Below are positions 50,641 through 63,049 of a DNA stretch of 64,000 nt, in pieces (the stretch's first letter is position 1; each line of letters starts with the position of its first letter). The notes below the pieces were generated by a model. It had not been told where the DNA came from, ran no database searches, and worked only from the letters and a program-made list of their open reading frames with translations. Made by a program: the position numbers and the translations under genes. The DNA comes from Phallusia mammillata (Eukaryota), in contig OZ281494.1 in NCBI GenBank assembly GCA_965637545.1, forward strand, positions 25,482,001-25,546,000. Direction: 5' to 3'.

Positions 50641-50844
50641 CAACGTTTTTGTTAAATTGTTTTCAGTCTTCACTATTTTTTTTGGATTTTTCTTTTTTGG
50701 AGGGGTACACATATATGCACGATTTATGCCGACTAAATAAAACTACAGCCTGAGCCTACGAAGTACCAACGATACAGTTTTTTTTTAAACTTTTTAGATG
50801 CATGCTTTGAAATGAGTGTAAATATTTAAATAGGTAACAGTACA

Positions 50845-51375
50845 ATGGCTGCTTCAACAACATTTAACTGGCCATGGCAATATGACTTTCCACCATTCTT
50901 TACAATCCAAAAGAATGCGGACACAAAAGCAAAACAAATTGAAGCTTGGTGTACTTTGGTTTTGGAGTATCATCAACACAACAAGTTATTGAAGTTGAGG
51001 GTTGCAGATGCATTGGCATCCCCACTTTTTTCTAACAAAGCAATCGAACGAAAACTCCCGAAAGAGGGTGTTATGGAAGTACTGGAAAGTTTATGCAAAA
51101 AAGGAAATGTTCAGTGGGATGACAAAAGCAAAACTTCCTGTGTGATATATTGGAAAACGATCGAACAATGGGCAGACATTATTTACAGTTGGGCATCAAA
51201 AACTGGTTCCTTAAACACTGTCTGCACACTCCATGAATTAACACAGGGACCACATACAACATCTGAACCTTTCCATGGATTGGATGATTGGTTGTTAATT
51301 AAAGCACTTTCTACATTGCAATCAAGAGGAAAGGCAGAGTTAATTGGTGAAGAAGGAGTGAAGTTTTTTGCTTGA
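50845..51375 (+). CDS. VPS25: ESCRT-II subunit VPS25 (176 aa), intronless
   Basis: Single ORF with the diagnostic N-terminus FNWPWQYDFPPFFT, then AWCTLVL, PLFSN, LHEL, FHGLD and C-terminal GVKFF. Confidence 0.97.
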   Translation: MAASTTFNWPWQYDFPPFFTIQKNADTKAKQIEAWCTLVLEYHQHNKLLKLRVADALASPLFSNKAIERKLPKEGVMEVLESLCKKGNVQWDDKSKTSCVIYWKTIEQWADIIYSWASKTGSLNTVCTLHELTQGPHTTSEPFHGLDDWLLIKALSTLQSRGKAELIGEEGVKFFA

Positions 51376-52032
51376 TAGGTTTTCCTCTTATACTTGGCTT
51401 TAACCATGAATGTTATCAAACCAAGTACACATCTATAGTTTGATTTTTGGTTTTTGGTAGTCCGTGTCATATTTAATTGCAATTTTGAAAATTGTAATAA
51501 TAACCATGATGTATGTTTGTTTAGTTTTAAAAGTTACCACTGAAAATGTAATTGAAATATCACAAAAATAAAATGTTTAGTGCAGGGACGCACAACACAA
51601 TTGATATCACTGGTTTCCCATTAATGTTGTCATGTGACATTTTTTAAGTGATTTCTTAACTGCACAATGCAAAGCGTAGGGATGGGCAATAATAAGTTGG
51701 ATGCTATTTCAAAACTATTCTATGTTAAATTGAAAATACTGAATCCTAGTTGATGGGGCAAACTGGCCCAGTTTGCTTGTCTTAAATTTGAGTAAAGTGC
51801 AATTTGAGAATGAAATGTTTAACTTAAACTTGTGCAGTTTTGAATTTAATTTGAAATTTTGTGTCTAAATTGTATTTAGAGATAAAAGAAGTAATATATT
51901 TTAACATAATATGCATTAACTAACTTTTTAAATGTGTATCAACGTTAATTCTTTCAAGAAAACAGATGTTTTACTTTACCCTTTTCTTCCTACTAGCTTC
52001 GGTTTGATAAATGCTTGGCATACACATGTAAT

Positions 52033-55000
52033 ATGGCCAAAGTAGTGATTTTGGATGCGGGATCACAGTATGGAAAAGTCATTGACAGAAAAGTAAGAGA
52101 ACTGAGTATTCATTCTGAACTACTGCCACTGCAGACCCCAGCAAGTCAACTCAAAGATGCAGGTTTTGAATGCATCATTATTTCTGGAGGCCCAGCTTCT
52201 GTGCATTTATCAGAGGCCATAGCTGTTGATCAGGAAATTTTTAATCTTCATGTTCCTGTGTTGGGAATTTGTTATGGTATGCAACTTATGAATCAGCATT
52301 TTGGCGGAGTTGTTGAAACATCACCTGTAAGGGAAGACGGACAATTTGATACAGTAGTTGAGCGAAGTTGTGCACTTTTTCGAGATCTAGAGTCTGATAA
52401 TCAATCTGTTTTGTTAACCCATGGTGACTCTGTAAAGACTGTTGCCCCTGGATTTACGACTGTTGCCAAATCAGGTAAACAATGCTTTTGTGGTCATTGT
52501 AAAACTGGGCTGCTTTACATGCTACATGTTGTGGTGTTTTTAACGACTGTAAAAAGTTTTGACCAACAAGTTGTGTCCCCTAAGTCAACAAGACTTGATT
52601 TGCCTTTAAGTTTTTGTGCTTGCTGGAACATTTTAGTGTTTTGGATTGCAAGCCTGGATAACTCTTACATGCAGTAATAAATATATTTTTGAAGTTTCAT
52701 AATCTTTAAAAATTGTATCAATTTATGATGACTGGCACAATAACTGCACCTAGACTGGTATTATAATGTGAAATGTGACACACAGCATTTGAAAGCTAAG
52801 CAACAGTTAAAACTTATTTTTCTACCAGATGTGCATTGTTTGTTTTTCAGGTAATCTTATCACAGCAATTGCAAAGGAAAGTAGAAGATTGTATGGACTT
52901 CAGTTTCATCCTGAAGTTGATCTGACTGACAATGGAAAACAAATGTTAAAAACCTTTCTTTACAACATATCTGGTGAGCATATATAGCTTGCATTGCATA
53001 CTGGAGTTGAGTTTAGTTTATTTCGCTTGGTGACAGAAAACATGGAGACAAAATTGCAATAAACATTTACCAAACTGGAAATAGCTGCAAAATGTTAAAG
53101 AGCATGAAAAAGGCAGAATGGTTGATGAGACCTAAATGTGCTTCAGCTACACTTCTTTTTTAAGTGAAATAAACCATTTCTTCTTAGGTTTGAAGCCAAC
53201 ATACACTGTGGGAAGTCGTGAAGAAGCTTGTTTAAATTTAATCAAATCCACAGTTGGTACTTCCAAAGTTTTGGTGCTTGTGAGTGGCGGCGTAGATTCT
53301 TCTGTCTTGACAGCTTTGTGTTACAAAGCACTAAAACCAACCCAGGTAATGCAGGTAGTTGTAACATAAATAAACCACAATATTTCTATTTCATATTTTG
53401 TTTTTAAGTAACATTATTCAAAGAAATTATGTCATGTTGTCTTTTAGGTTATAGCATTGCATGTGGACAATGGTTTCATGCGAAAAAATGAATCACAAAA
53501 TGTAGTAAAGGCATTAAAAAGTCGTGGAATTGATGTTAAACTTGTAAATGCTGGAAACATATTTTACAACAGCACTACAACTCTGAATGTCAAGCATCCG
53601 AAAGGGGCAAAACGAAAGGTAGAGCATGCATGTATTGTTTCTATTGTCCATCATTAAGCACATCTTTGTCCAAAGTTTCTGCCTTTTTAATGCTTGAGTC
53701 AATTTTCTAGATTGTTAGCCGAGTTTTATGTCAAACATTAGATCCAGAAGAAAAACGAAAAATCATTGGCGATACTTTTATGAATGTTGTTGATTTTGAA
53801 GCACAAGAACTTGAGATTTCAATAGATGATTGTTATCTGGCACAAGGTAACCCCTACACATATACATTTTATTGCTTGAACTAGTTTCTGTTCTAAGTAA
53901 TCTAAAGTTACTAACATTCATTTCAAACCCTTTTTTGCTTCAAGGAACCCTCAGACCTGATTTGATTGAATCAGCTTCCAGTCTTGTCAGTACAAATGCT
54001 GATGCAATAAAAACACACCACAATGATACTGAACTTGTCCGAGCTCTCAGAGCAAAAGGTCGTATCCTGGAGCCCTTAAAGGACTTTCACAAGGACGAAG
54101 TGAGAAAATTAGGAAAATTGCTAGGGCTGCCCAATGAAGTCCTGATGAGGTAAAACACCTTTGGGTTTTACATAAATTTGTGAAAAGTTAGGTTTCATTT
54201 TTACTTTCTAATCTGTTGCCCTGCAGTTACTATTAAACTCTTGTTTTTGGAGATATTCACCCATCTTTTTAAATTATTTCATCTAGAAGTTTTGTATCAT
54301 TCTTTACCGGTGTGAAATTAAATTGCAAAAACAAAATTAATGGTGTTTTAATTATAGACACCCATTTCCTGGGCCAGGTTTGGCAATTCGTGTCATCTGT
54401 GCTGAGGAAATTTTTCAATGTGCTGACTTTTCCCATACCCAAACAATGCTGCGAATTATTGCTAGTTACAGCAACTCAATCAGCAAGCCACATGCTTTGT
54501 TACAAGTTAGTTATATTCTAATTGCGATAAAAATCATGTTATGTACAACTGTGTAATAATTTCAGAAAATCCATGCAGTAATGTCTACGGATCAAGAGCG
54601 AGAAAAACTGAGAATTTATACAGAAAGATTTCCAATGAAAGCTACGTTGCTGCCAATTAAAACAGTTGGTGTGCAAGTGAGTCTGATTTTATGGTCTTTG
54701 TTTGTTCAACTAGTATGTGCTTTACAACATATTATCAAAACATTTTTAGCTCTTCCAGCAGTCTTTATTATATTACGTTTTTTACCACCGCTTTTTTGTG
54801 TGTTTCGCTGCCCTTTTTTGCTTTATACTAACTTTGTGTTTTCAATTTTTGTCATTATCCTGATGAAGGTGTCTCATATGCATTGCTGGGATTCAGCCAG
54901 TTCTTACCGGTTCTATAGAACCGTCTCACGAAATTTTATGAAATCAGCGAACCGGTTAGCATTACTGGTTACTGTCAATGGACTTTTTGTACAGAACCGA

Positions 55001-56046
55001 ACCCTTAAAAATATAGCTTTTGTGATAGAACTGGCTGACAAAAAATTTAAATCCCACCAATGTTTGTATGGGACATCGAAACGACGGCATATTATAAAAA
55101 AACTGCTGGAAGACTTAAAAATTTGTTGATAAATTATGCCTGGCAGCAACAGTTTATTCATACAACATATTATGTTTGTCTTTTTCAGGGAGATTGCCGG
55201 ACATATGGTTATGTTGTTGGCCTGTCATCGAACAATGAAAAACCAGATTGGGAAGTTTTATTCTTTCTTGCCAAAATGATTCCCAGGATATGTCATTCAG
55301 TAAATCGTGTAGCTTATGTCTTCGGTGCAGCAGTAACTGATCAGATTCAGGTGGGTTATGGGGTGAAAATTTTCCGATAAAAGGAAAAATAGTGTTGCTG
55401 ATTTTTTTTAGTAGCTGCATCTTGCTAAACACTTCACACTTTCTATACTTGAACACAGAGTTGTTATAGTATATATACCTTTTTGATTTTTTCTTGTGTG
55501 TCCTTGGTACATATAGTAGGCCTTAATCCTACTGCGAGGTCTTGGTGTCTTTTCAATCCCTATTATTGTTTGTTTGTATAATTGTGTTTAGTGCTTCACA
55601 TTTGTTTGTTGTTACAGGATGTTACTCCAACTGTCTTGTCCTTTAATGTTTTGGCAACTTTACGACAATGTGACTTTGTAGCAGACAAGATTCTTACCAA
55701 ACACAATGTTTACAACAAAATTAGTCAGGTAGGTCACTATTTTTCATACCCACATTTGCTGTTGTTTTTGTTTCACAATTGACGATTTTTTTAGATGCCA
55801 GTTGTTTTACTGCCTCTACATTTCGATCGAGACATCTTTGTACGTGAGCCTTCCTGTCAAAGATCCATTGTTTTGCGTCCGTTCATAACAAAAGATTTTA
55901 TGACTGGGCTTGCAGCACACCCGGGCAAAGATATTCCTTCTGAGGTTGTAACAGAAATGGTAAAAGAAATTGAAAAGGTTCCAGGAATTTCAAGGGTTCT
56001 GTACGATCTGACATCAAAGCCACCTGGAACAACTGAATGGGAGTAG
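52033..56046 (+). CDS. GMPS: GMP synthase, glutamine-hydrolysing (672 aa)
   Basis: Exons 52033-52474, 52851-52973, 53188-53345, 53448-53618, 53711-53846, 53945-54149, 54358-54505, 54566-54676, 55189-55350, 55618-55728, 55795-56046; 2019 nt, in frame. GATase motifs ILDAGSQY, GICYGMQ, QFHPE; ATP-PPase SGGVDSS; GTLRPDLIES, IKTHHND, RHPFPGPGLAIR; C-terminus SKPPGTTEWE. Confidence 0.97.
54881..55062. mobile_element. hAT-type MITE (182 bp) in GMPS intron 8
   Basis: Ends CATTGCTGGGATT / AATCCCACCAATG (12/13) plus an inner inverted repeat CAGCCAGTTCT / AGAACTGGCTG and GAACCG motifs; flanks CTCATATG / TTTGTATG (5/8, differences all transitions). Confidence 0.7.
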
Positions 56047-56276
56047 TTTTTTGGCTGCACACTTATATAAAGTAAAAATGTGCTGCTTTTGGTATTTCCT
56101 GCTGCGACTTTACAGTTGATTGTGTTTTAACTCGAATAAAAGAGAGCTTTGTTCCTGTCAAAAAAAGGTTATATGTTAGCTAAAATCTGACACATTGCTG
56201 GTTAATAGCCGGTGCAAATTAAAACAGTCTTTCAATTTCTTCATTTAATTTTTGTCTATTTATTCATGGTTTAAGA

Positions 56277-56502
56277 CAGTGGTTCTCAATCTTTTATGGA
56301 TCGCGTACCACCTGACAACTTTTTTTTTATTGCTGCATACCACCCAAACCCTGTTTGAATAGATAAACCAAGAAGTAGGCCCATTTTCCTAACCTGGTTA
56401 GCATATTTAACAATTTCAAAAGAATGTCCAAACCACGAGTTTCACCAAAAAAATCACAAAAACCTACTCGTGTACCACTTGAAAAGTTCTGACGTACCAC
56501 TG
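56277..56502. mobile_element. hAT MITE (226 bp) between the GMPS and MEAK7 3' ends
   Basis: Left end CAGTGGTTCTCAA; right end truncated to TACCACTG; GTACCAC subterminal repeats; perfect 8-bp TSD GTTTAAGA. Confidence 0.8.
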
Positions 56503-56852
56503 GTTTAAGATAAAGACACCAGCATATAATTTGCAAAAAAAGGTATTACAGGACACCCATCTGTTTTTTTAAATCTCTTGAAAAGTTTGATCAGAGTATG
56601 ACATCACATGTGGTCAAGGCAAGTTGGAAAATACCAGAGAACATTTTTGACTGACTTACAGTTATGCTAATTTTAGAACAAATAAAACAGCCAATTTTTT
56701 GCTGCCAAAACTATGTTAATAGACAACCGAGAGTGTAACGCAGAAGATACGAAGTTCCTGCATTTATACAAAATCTTGCATTGTCCTAAAAACACATTTC
56801 CATTGTGAACATATGTTTTACATTATTTTTTTGTGAAATATCAGATCTGCTT

Positions 56853-56939
56853 ACAAAGAAGAACTTTAAATGGTAAAATTGTTGTAAGGTCAATTTTTTT
56901 AGACAAAGAAGAACTTAATGTGGTAAATTTTTTGTAAGG
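56853..56939. repeat. Imperfect tandem duplication, period 50
   Basis: ACAAAGAAGAACTT...TGGTAAA...TTGTAAGG at 56853-56889 and 56903-56939. Confidence 0.75.
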
Positions 56940-57485
56940 CTGAGTGTCAAATTTCATGTTGATGCTCCGGATATAATGACATCACATACATTAGTCTCCA
57001 TCTTCACCACTTAAAAAGTGTTTCAATTCTAGACGGTATGGAGATGCATTTGTATCATGAAACTCATGAAATGTTACTGAGTCATATTGACTCTACTGTC
57101 AATGAATTTTAGGACGTTTTAATAACTTTTGTTCAAAGCTGCCATTTTACAGGTGGTTCTGGTAGATGGAGTGTTATTAACAAAACTTAAGACAATTCCA
57201 AATTAAAGAACTCAACACAAAATTGTGAATACAGATAGTTTTTTTAGCACAAACATGTAGATAATGTATTAAACGCTGCAACAAATGAGTGAAATGACAT
57301 GCGACATGTTAACCTTGCATAAACTTTGCTCACAACATAACAGAAAAAATGTACGACAAATCTAAATTGTTCAACACATCTCATAGTCATAAAAATTGCA
57401 CAACTAGTACACAAAATACAGCAAAAATATTTAGATATATATAATTCATGATAAAATTGCACTCTTGGTGAATGATATAAAATTA

Positions 57486-60033
57486 TCAGTAATCCATAGG
57501 ATCTCGAGGTTGGTGTAATTCAGTTGTTTCAGGCATTGTCGTTGTTCTTTCACTTTCCCTGTAACCTTCACTAACTCGCTCTTTTCCCGCAATTTGTAAG
57601 ATGGCAACAGCTTCGGGATTTTTGTCAATCACGCTTGTCATTCCATCCTAAAAAGAAGCAGCATATAAAAACAAGGCATGTAAAGTTTTACCGAGTTTAA
57701 AACAAAATGGTTTTGGCATGTTGTTCCTGTGTAATTCTACGAATAATGGTTAAGATTACAAGACACAAAGTCGTAAACAATTATATTTCCTGTAAAAAAA
57801 TTAATGAGAAAAATGTCCAGATAACAGGTTTGCCACTCTTAACACAGAAATCATTGTCATCCAATTTAACAATGAGTATTTCCTTAAAATAAACACAAAA
57901 ATCACTACAGATGAATAACATAATCTGTTTAATTGCAGGTAGCACAAAGTCCAACTGTAGACATTTTTTGAGAAAAATTGCCTAGCTAATTGCATAATAA
58001 AGCAAAATGATGAAGGCATTCAAGGTATTGTAAAGTTTCCCATATGTATATTTTATTTTGAAATTGAAAACAGACCTCATCACTGTCCATGTTTTCTTCT
58101 TGGGGCTCTTCACCCAAGCCCCATGCTTCAACCGTGTCGATTGAAAACTCTTCAGATGAAGAAAGTTGTGGACTTTTATATGTTGTGCATGTCGGTTTTG
58201 CTTTACTGTGACCTTTTCCAAATTCAGAGCTCAACCACAGACCAAAATACTCATGCTGTCCTCCCATTCCCTGTTGAATAAATAAATAAAGTAAATCTTT
58301 GCCTTTGATCAGAGGGGAAATACATTGTCCAAAAATATGTAAAACAGCTGTTTACTATACATTTGTTTCGTCAAAAAAATCAAAAAAACAATTTTCTGAA
58401 ATGAACCATGTGATTGATGTTGGTTTGGCAACAAAATGCAAATATTATTGCACACAAAACAATCTTTTTCAATTTTTTTGACAGTTAACAAAATATATTC
58501 TCTTCCTTGTGACAATGTTTTACAACAGTAAAATAACTTACAAAGCCATTGGGCATTGTTTCCTGCCTAATGTTGAAATACACAAAATGATCATTGTAGC
58601 CAGTGGTTGTGAAAATTTTTAAGCTTGGAGCAATGGTAAAAAGAAAGCTGTGAGGAGTACCTGTGTATCAAAAGTATCCATTAATTATGCATGTTGTGTA
58701 AGTGCTCGCAAAAAGAAACTGTCACATACCTTGAAACTGTGAACTGTAAGATAAGTTGGTTGGTACAAAGCCACCAAAAACATGTCCACCTTGGTCTTTG
58801 ACAAGAATGAGCAAGGGTCCTTTGTTTGCTATTTGGGTGCTCAGCTTAGAAAAACTTTCACCTTGCAGCCTTGACGAATATAAAAATCTCCACTTTGATT
58901 GCAAGTCCACTGGTAACTTGCTGTTTAAGTAAACCACATGTGAAGTGTCCAACAAAGTGTTTGTAGAAGTCAAAGCATGGTGAGGTAGTAATTCGATGTT
59001 GGGTAAAAGACAAGGAACACTACCTTGCATATCCTGTAATGACTACATTAGTTAGTGATATATTTTTCTTTGTTAAAACACTTGGACTTACACTTGTAAC
59101 TGATTTAAAAGTGCCCAAAAACAGAAATCTTGTGCCCACTGAAATCAACTCCGCCAAGACACTGGAATTTTGAATTAATGACAAAAAATCATTTTTTTTG
59201 ATATTTTCTCTGTAAGACACAGCTGACTCAAAGAACTGGTGACATGAAACATCATCAACTCCAAAAATATGGGATGAAGCATGGTTCAAAAGCAACTTTA
59301 TTAAACCTATGATAAACTAAAGAAATGTTACTAAATGGTATCGAATTCAGTAAACAACACACAACTAATGCTGATGAAAAACATAATGTAAAATATAATA
59401 CATATAAATTTACAGCAATCAACTTCCTGATACTTGAGTTAAACAGTTCAACAAATTTAGTGCAGTACCTTTTCAAATGTAAGGATTGGCACAGAAGAGT
59501 TATCAAAGCTAAGGACATCATACACAAAACTGATCCGGTCATTTTGGTAACCAAAAATCATCTTGCATATTTCTTGCTTGAGAACTTGCCCCGAAGTCTT
59601 TGATGCATTGTTGCATCTCACTTGCAAACTGAGAATAATTCCCTTTACGATTTCAGAAGGCAATGTGTGAGAAACATGGTTCTGTAACAAAAATAAGAAA
59701 AAAACTGGTTTTATTTCATAAAAAGACTGCAACAAAAATAAGAAAAAAATGGTTTTATTTTAAAAAAAGGTTCAGAAAATCTCAATGCATTTAATAAAGT
59801 GTATATTATATACTTTACACTTGTACAAGAATATTCAACTTTGTTTCTAAAAATGATTTTGGAACTTGAAAAGGCAGACAAAGTTATACCTGCAGCTTAG
59901 AAAGTTGACCAGCTAATGATTCTTCTGTTTCAGTTCCCAACATTTTATCTAGGCTTTCTGCTTCTTCGTCAGTCAAATACATTGCAAAGTCTTCTGTTTC
60001 ACCACCACTTTTTGTTGAATGAGATTGACCCAT
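57486..60033 (-). CDS. MEAK7: MTOR-associated protein MEAK7 / TLDc-domain protein TLDC1 (453 aa)
   Basis: Minus-strand exons 60033-59890, 59681-59469, 59316-59092, 59033-58730, 58660-58542, 58270-58076, 57647-57486; 1362 nt, in frame. N-terminal MG myristoylation-type start; TLDc motifs WRFLYSSRLQGESFS, VKDQGGHVFGGF, ETMPNGFGMGGQHEYFGLWL, CTTYKSPQLS; tail SVIDKNPEAVAILQIAGKERVSEGYRE resembles the MEAK7 C-terminus. Confidence 0.9.
59686..59769. repeat. Tandem duplication (period 45) of the MEAK7 intron-1 polypyrimidine tract
   Basis: AACAAAAATAAGAAAAAAA(C)TGGTTTTATTT at 59686 and 59731. Confidence 0.8.
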
Positions 60034-60345
60034 GTTTTTCAGTGTTTTTTTTAGTATTCAAGTTATTTAATCACTTTATCTAAAGAATAACATGGAGCAG
60101 AGCAATAATTCTTACTTATTTAGTTTTGTTTGTTTATCAGGTGTAGAAATCCCATGCCCACATTAAGAATACACATTAATGTCACATAAAATACGACATA
60201 ATACACAAACATTTAGTTCCTAACAAAAAAATCTTAAATTTTGTATCTTTATTTTGATGAAATATGTATATATCTGTTTGAACAATCTTGCATGTGGTAT
60301 AAGAACATTTTCTGTTTGCATGTTAAAATCAATACATAATATATA

Positions 60346-61032
60346 TTACAGTTGCTCAACAGTTCTACTCGCAACAGCACGCATGTTTCCATACACTTTT
60401 GAAGGTGGGCTACCCAAAATTAAATTACAAATCGCATTCCTCGCCAATCGAATATTTTGATATGACCCCAAAATATGAACATTTATGTCAGCCAACACGA
60501 TTCGAGTTTTTGTGACATTTTCAATTGTAAATTTTGTCCTTCCTCCAGACCCAGCAACTCTTCCAATTGCCCGAGAAAGATGGTCTCCCTTCAGTCTTTT
60601 TACATCGGTAACTTTAAAGGACTCCAGAAATAAATCATCTAATCTGACAAGCGCTAATGCATCATCAACAGAAAAGCCCAACACAAATGCCTTGATAAAG
60701 TCTGCTGCTTTTTGCAAGGCTGAAATCTCAACAGTTTCTTTGCATGTTTGGATTTCAACATTCCGAGTCTTCAAATTAAATCGAACTTGCAGTTTCAGAT
60801 GTTCAACAATAGGAGTATAAAGTTTCATCCAGTTTTCTTTCAAGGGAGTATAGCGGTTAGCTGGAACAGGAATCCTTCGTAAATTTTTTTGACCACTAGC
60901 TGACTTTTCAGCAGACAATGGTGGAAAATTTGGCCTTTTAGCAGCACCAATATCCATAGAATCCATCAGTTTGTCAGTAGATTTTCTTTTCTTTGCTTTG
61001 ACTGTCTTAAATTCATTCTCTTCACCAGACAT
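60346..61032 (-). CDS. PNO1: RNA-binding protein PNO1/Dim2, 40S biogenesis factor (228 aa), intronless
   Basis: Single ORF with RRIPVPANRYTPLKENWMKLYTP, LQVRFNLK, ALQKAADF, ALALVRLDDLFLESF, LSRAIGRVAG..GRTKFTIEN, ILGSPPSKVYGNMR. Confidence 0.97.
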   Translation of the reverse strand: MSGEENEFKTVKAKKRKSTDKLMDSMDIGAAKRPNFPPLSAEKSASGQKNLRRIPVPANRYTPLKENWMKLYTPIVEHLKLQVRFNLKTRNVEIQTCKETVEISALQKAADFIKAFVLGFSVDDALALVRLDDLFLESFKVTDVKRLKGDHLSRAIGRVAGSGGRTKFTIENVTKTRIVLADINVHILGSYQNIRLARNAICNLILGSPPSKVYGNMRAVASRTVEQL

Positions 61033-61199
61033 TTCTTTGTTTTTGTTTTACAAAACAGTTAAAGTCTGCTGAATCTGAAAAACACAGCATTGTTATTTTA
61101 CTTTCCATAAAAATCAATATTTCCAAGCACAAGGAAAGGCCTATTAACCTTACACAACTAACAGTAATTACATACTTCATTCTCTGTCAACTAATTTGT

Positions 61200-61500
61200 T
61201 AGAATCGCGTACAATGTATTGTCACTAGTCTACTTTTAACAGAGATTTTAGATTTAAAAGAAAGCCCAATAACAATTCCAATGGTAACTTATGATGCAGC
61301 ACTGTCTGCCTGCTTGAAAGTTGAAAAGGCGGCGGACAAAACGTTTCACGACTAGCCTTTATTTTATTCCTTCGAACGTGCAAACCTACACATGCACAGC
61401 AACACCACTCGTCAGACGTCAACTCGTCGGCCGGGTCGTCACGTGTGCTGGGATCAACCAAACCACGTACTAAAACAGTTTAGGATAACTGAATTATGCC
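61200..61500. promoter_or_regulatory. CpG-rich patch between divergent PNO1 and CEP164, probable promoter
   Basis: Dense CpG (e.g. CTCGTCAGACGTCAACTCGTCGGCCGGGTCGTCACGTG) with GACGTC and CACGTG motifs, inside an otherwise CpG-poor block. Confidence 0.45.
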
Positions 61501-63049
61501 CTAAATATTATTTTTTAAAACATCCTCTGCTCTTTACAGATATAATCAATTTGTTGCCAAAGTAAGATTTTTTAGACTGTTAAAATAAAGAAAATAATGT
61601 GAAATGATTAAATCGTGACAAATCTTAACCGAGCAATGTACTTGGTAGTTTGGGCTATGCGACAATAAATAATCGCTTAAAACAAACAGCGTTGTGGTTG
61701 TGGCAAAGAGTGGGAAATAATTTGTAATGAACCTTCTGTCTGGACCAAATTACTACAAGCGTTTTTAAACAAAAATTTAAGGCACAAAACGCTTCTTTTC
61801 CGTCTAATTACGTAACACGCGATCGTAAAACTGTGCTAAATTAACTTTGCATCATTATTTGCTCCTTACAGTCCTCACTCCGACAAAAGATCATACAGTA
61901 TTGATAATTCTACATAAGAGAGATCTAGAATTCTAGACTGGCAACACAAAACCCTGTTGGAAAAAAGATCACAATGCGCCAAGATCAAAAGTAAAAACGC
62001 ACCGAGATCCAGGGCAAAAACGTTTTACTCACTTTCTGTGCGCATTTTTCTGATGTCGTTTCCTGTTATGCTGTCACTTTCGTTAGTTGTGTCGTTGAAC
62101 AACTTGTTTGTCTGTTTTTCTTACACCCCACCCCATCGCATTGTTTCAATAAATTTGGATGATGGAACAACGTTGTTCCACACTACGTATTTACACTACC
62201 TCCGGTTCTCGTCATATTCACTGTTAGTGTTAAAGTTTTACTTAAATCCCGCCTACTACAGTGGTTCTAAAAGTGTACTTGGTTTTAAAGTTCAAACCTT
62301 CGTGATCGGGTGTATTCAGCTATAAAATACTGAACATTAATACTGTCTGTGGATCCGCAATTATCAGTTTAATGTCCTCGTTTGTTCTTTAAATATTAAG
62401 GGCGGAAGCAATAAAGTCTGAGATCACCGAGTAAATTCTAGGAAATTAGACGAACTAATAGAAGTTTCCTATTCTCCCTGAAGTTAATCACATTGGTTTT
62501 ACTGCTCACGTTGATTCCCTTGGTTTGATGATGTCTGCTGAACCAATCTTTTCCAAACTGACATACATCCCCGATTCCCATCTGCTTGGGCAAAGCAACA
62601 ATGTAATCATAGAATAGGTGCAAACTAGGTTTAATCCTGCGACTGTTGCAGTAAACTGATAAAATAACTGGTACCGGTATGAAACAAATCAGAACATTTT
62701 TTTTGAATCAGTGTGAATTGAAGCCTGCGAGCTCGTTCGGTAAAATATTTTGAAGAGGTTCGAGGTTGTTCGTGGACTATTTTGCTGCTGTGCAGGAGAC
62801 TGTTGCTTTGCTAAAGTTTTTCATTTAAGTGCTAAAGTTAAATGCTATTCTCAATTACTCATCCCTAAACTGAGCCAACACCTAATAATGCATGTACCAT
62901 TTTAAAACCCACGGGTTGGCAGTTACTAATATTGGCAATAAACTTTTGTATGCTTGTTACTTAGATTGTTGAGCTGCAACACTGCTTACGTCAATAATAG
63001 GATTTCAATGAATTCTTATCAAAACTGTTCCAATTGCAAATAATCAGTT

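Noticed and set aside
54581-55129. 182-aa ORF within GMPS
   Set aside because: This is GMPS exon 8 reading through into intron 8 and a MITE; the GMPS frame resumes properly at 55189.
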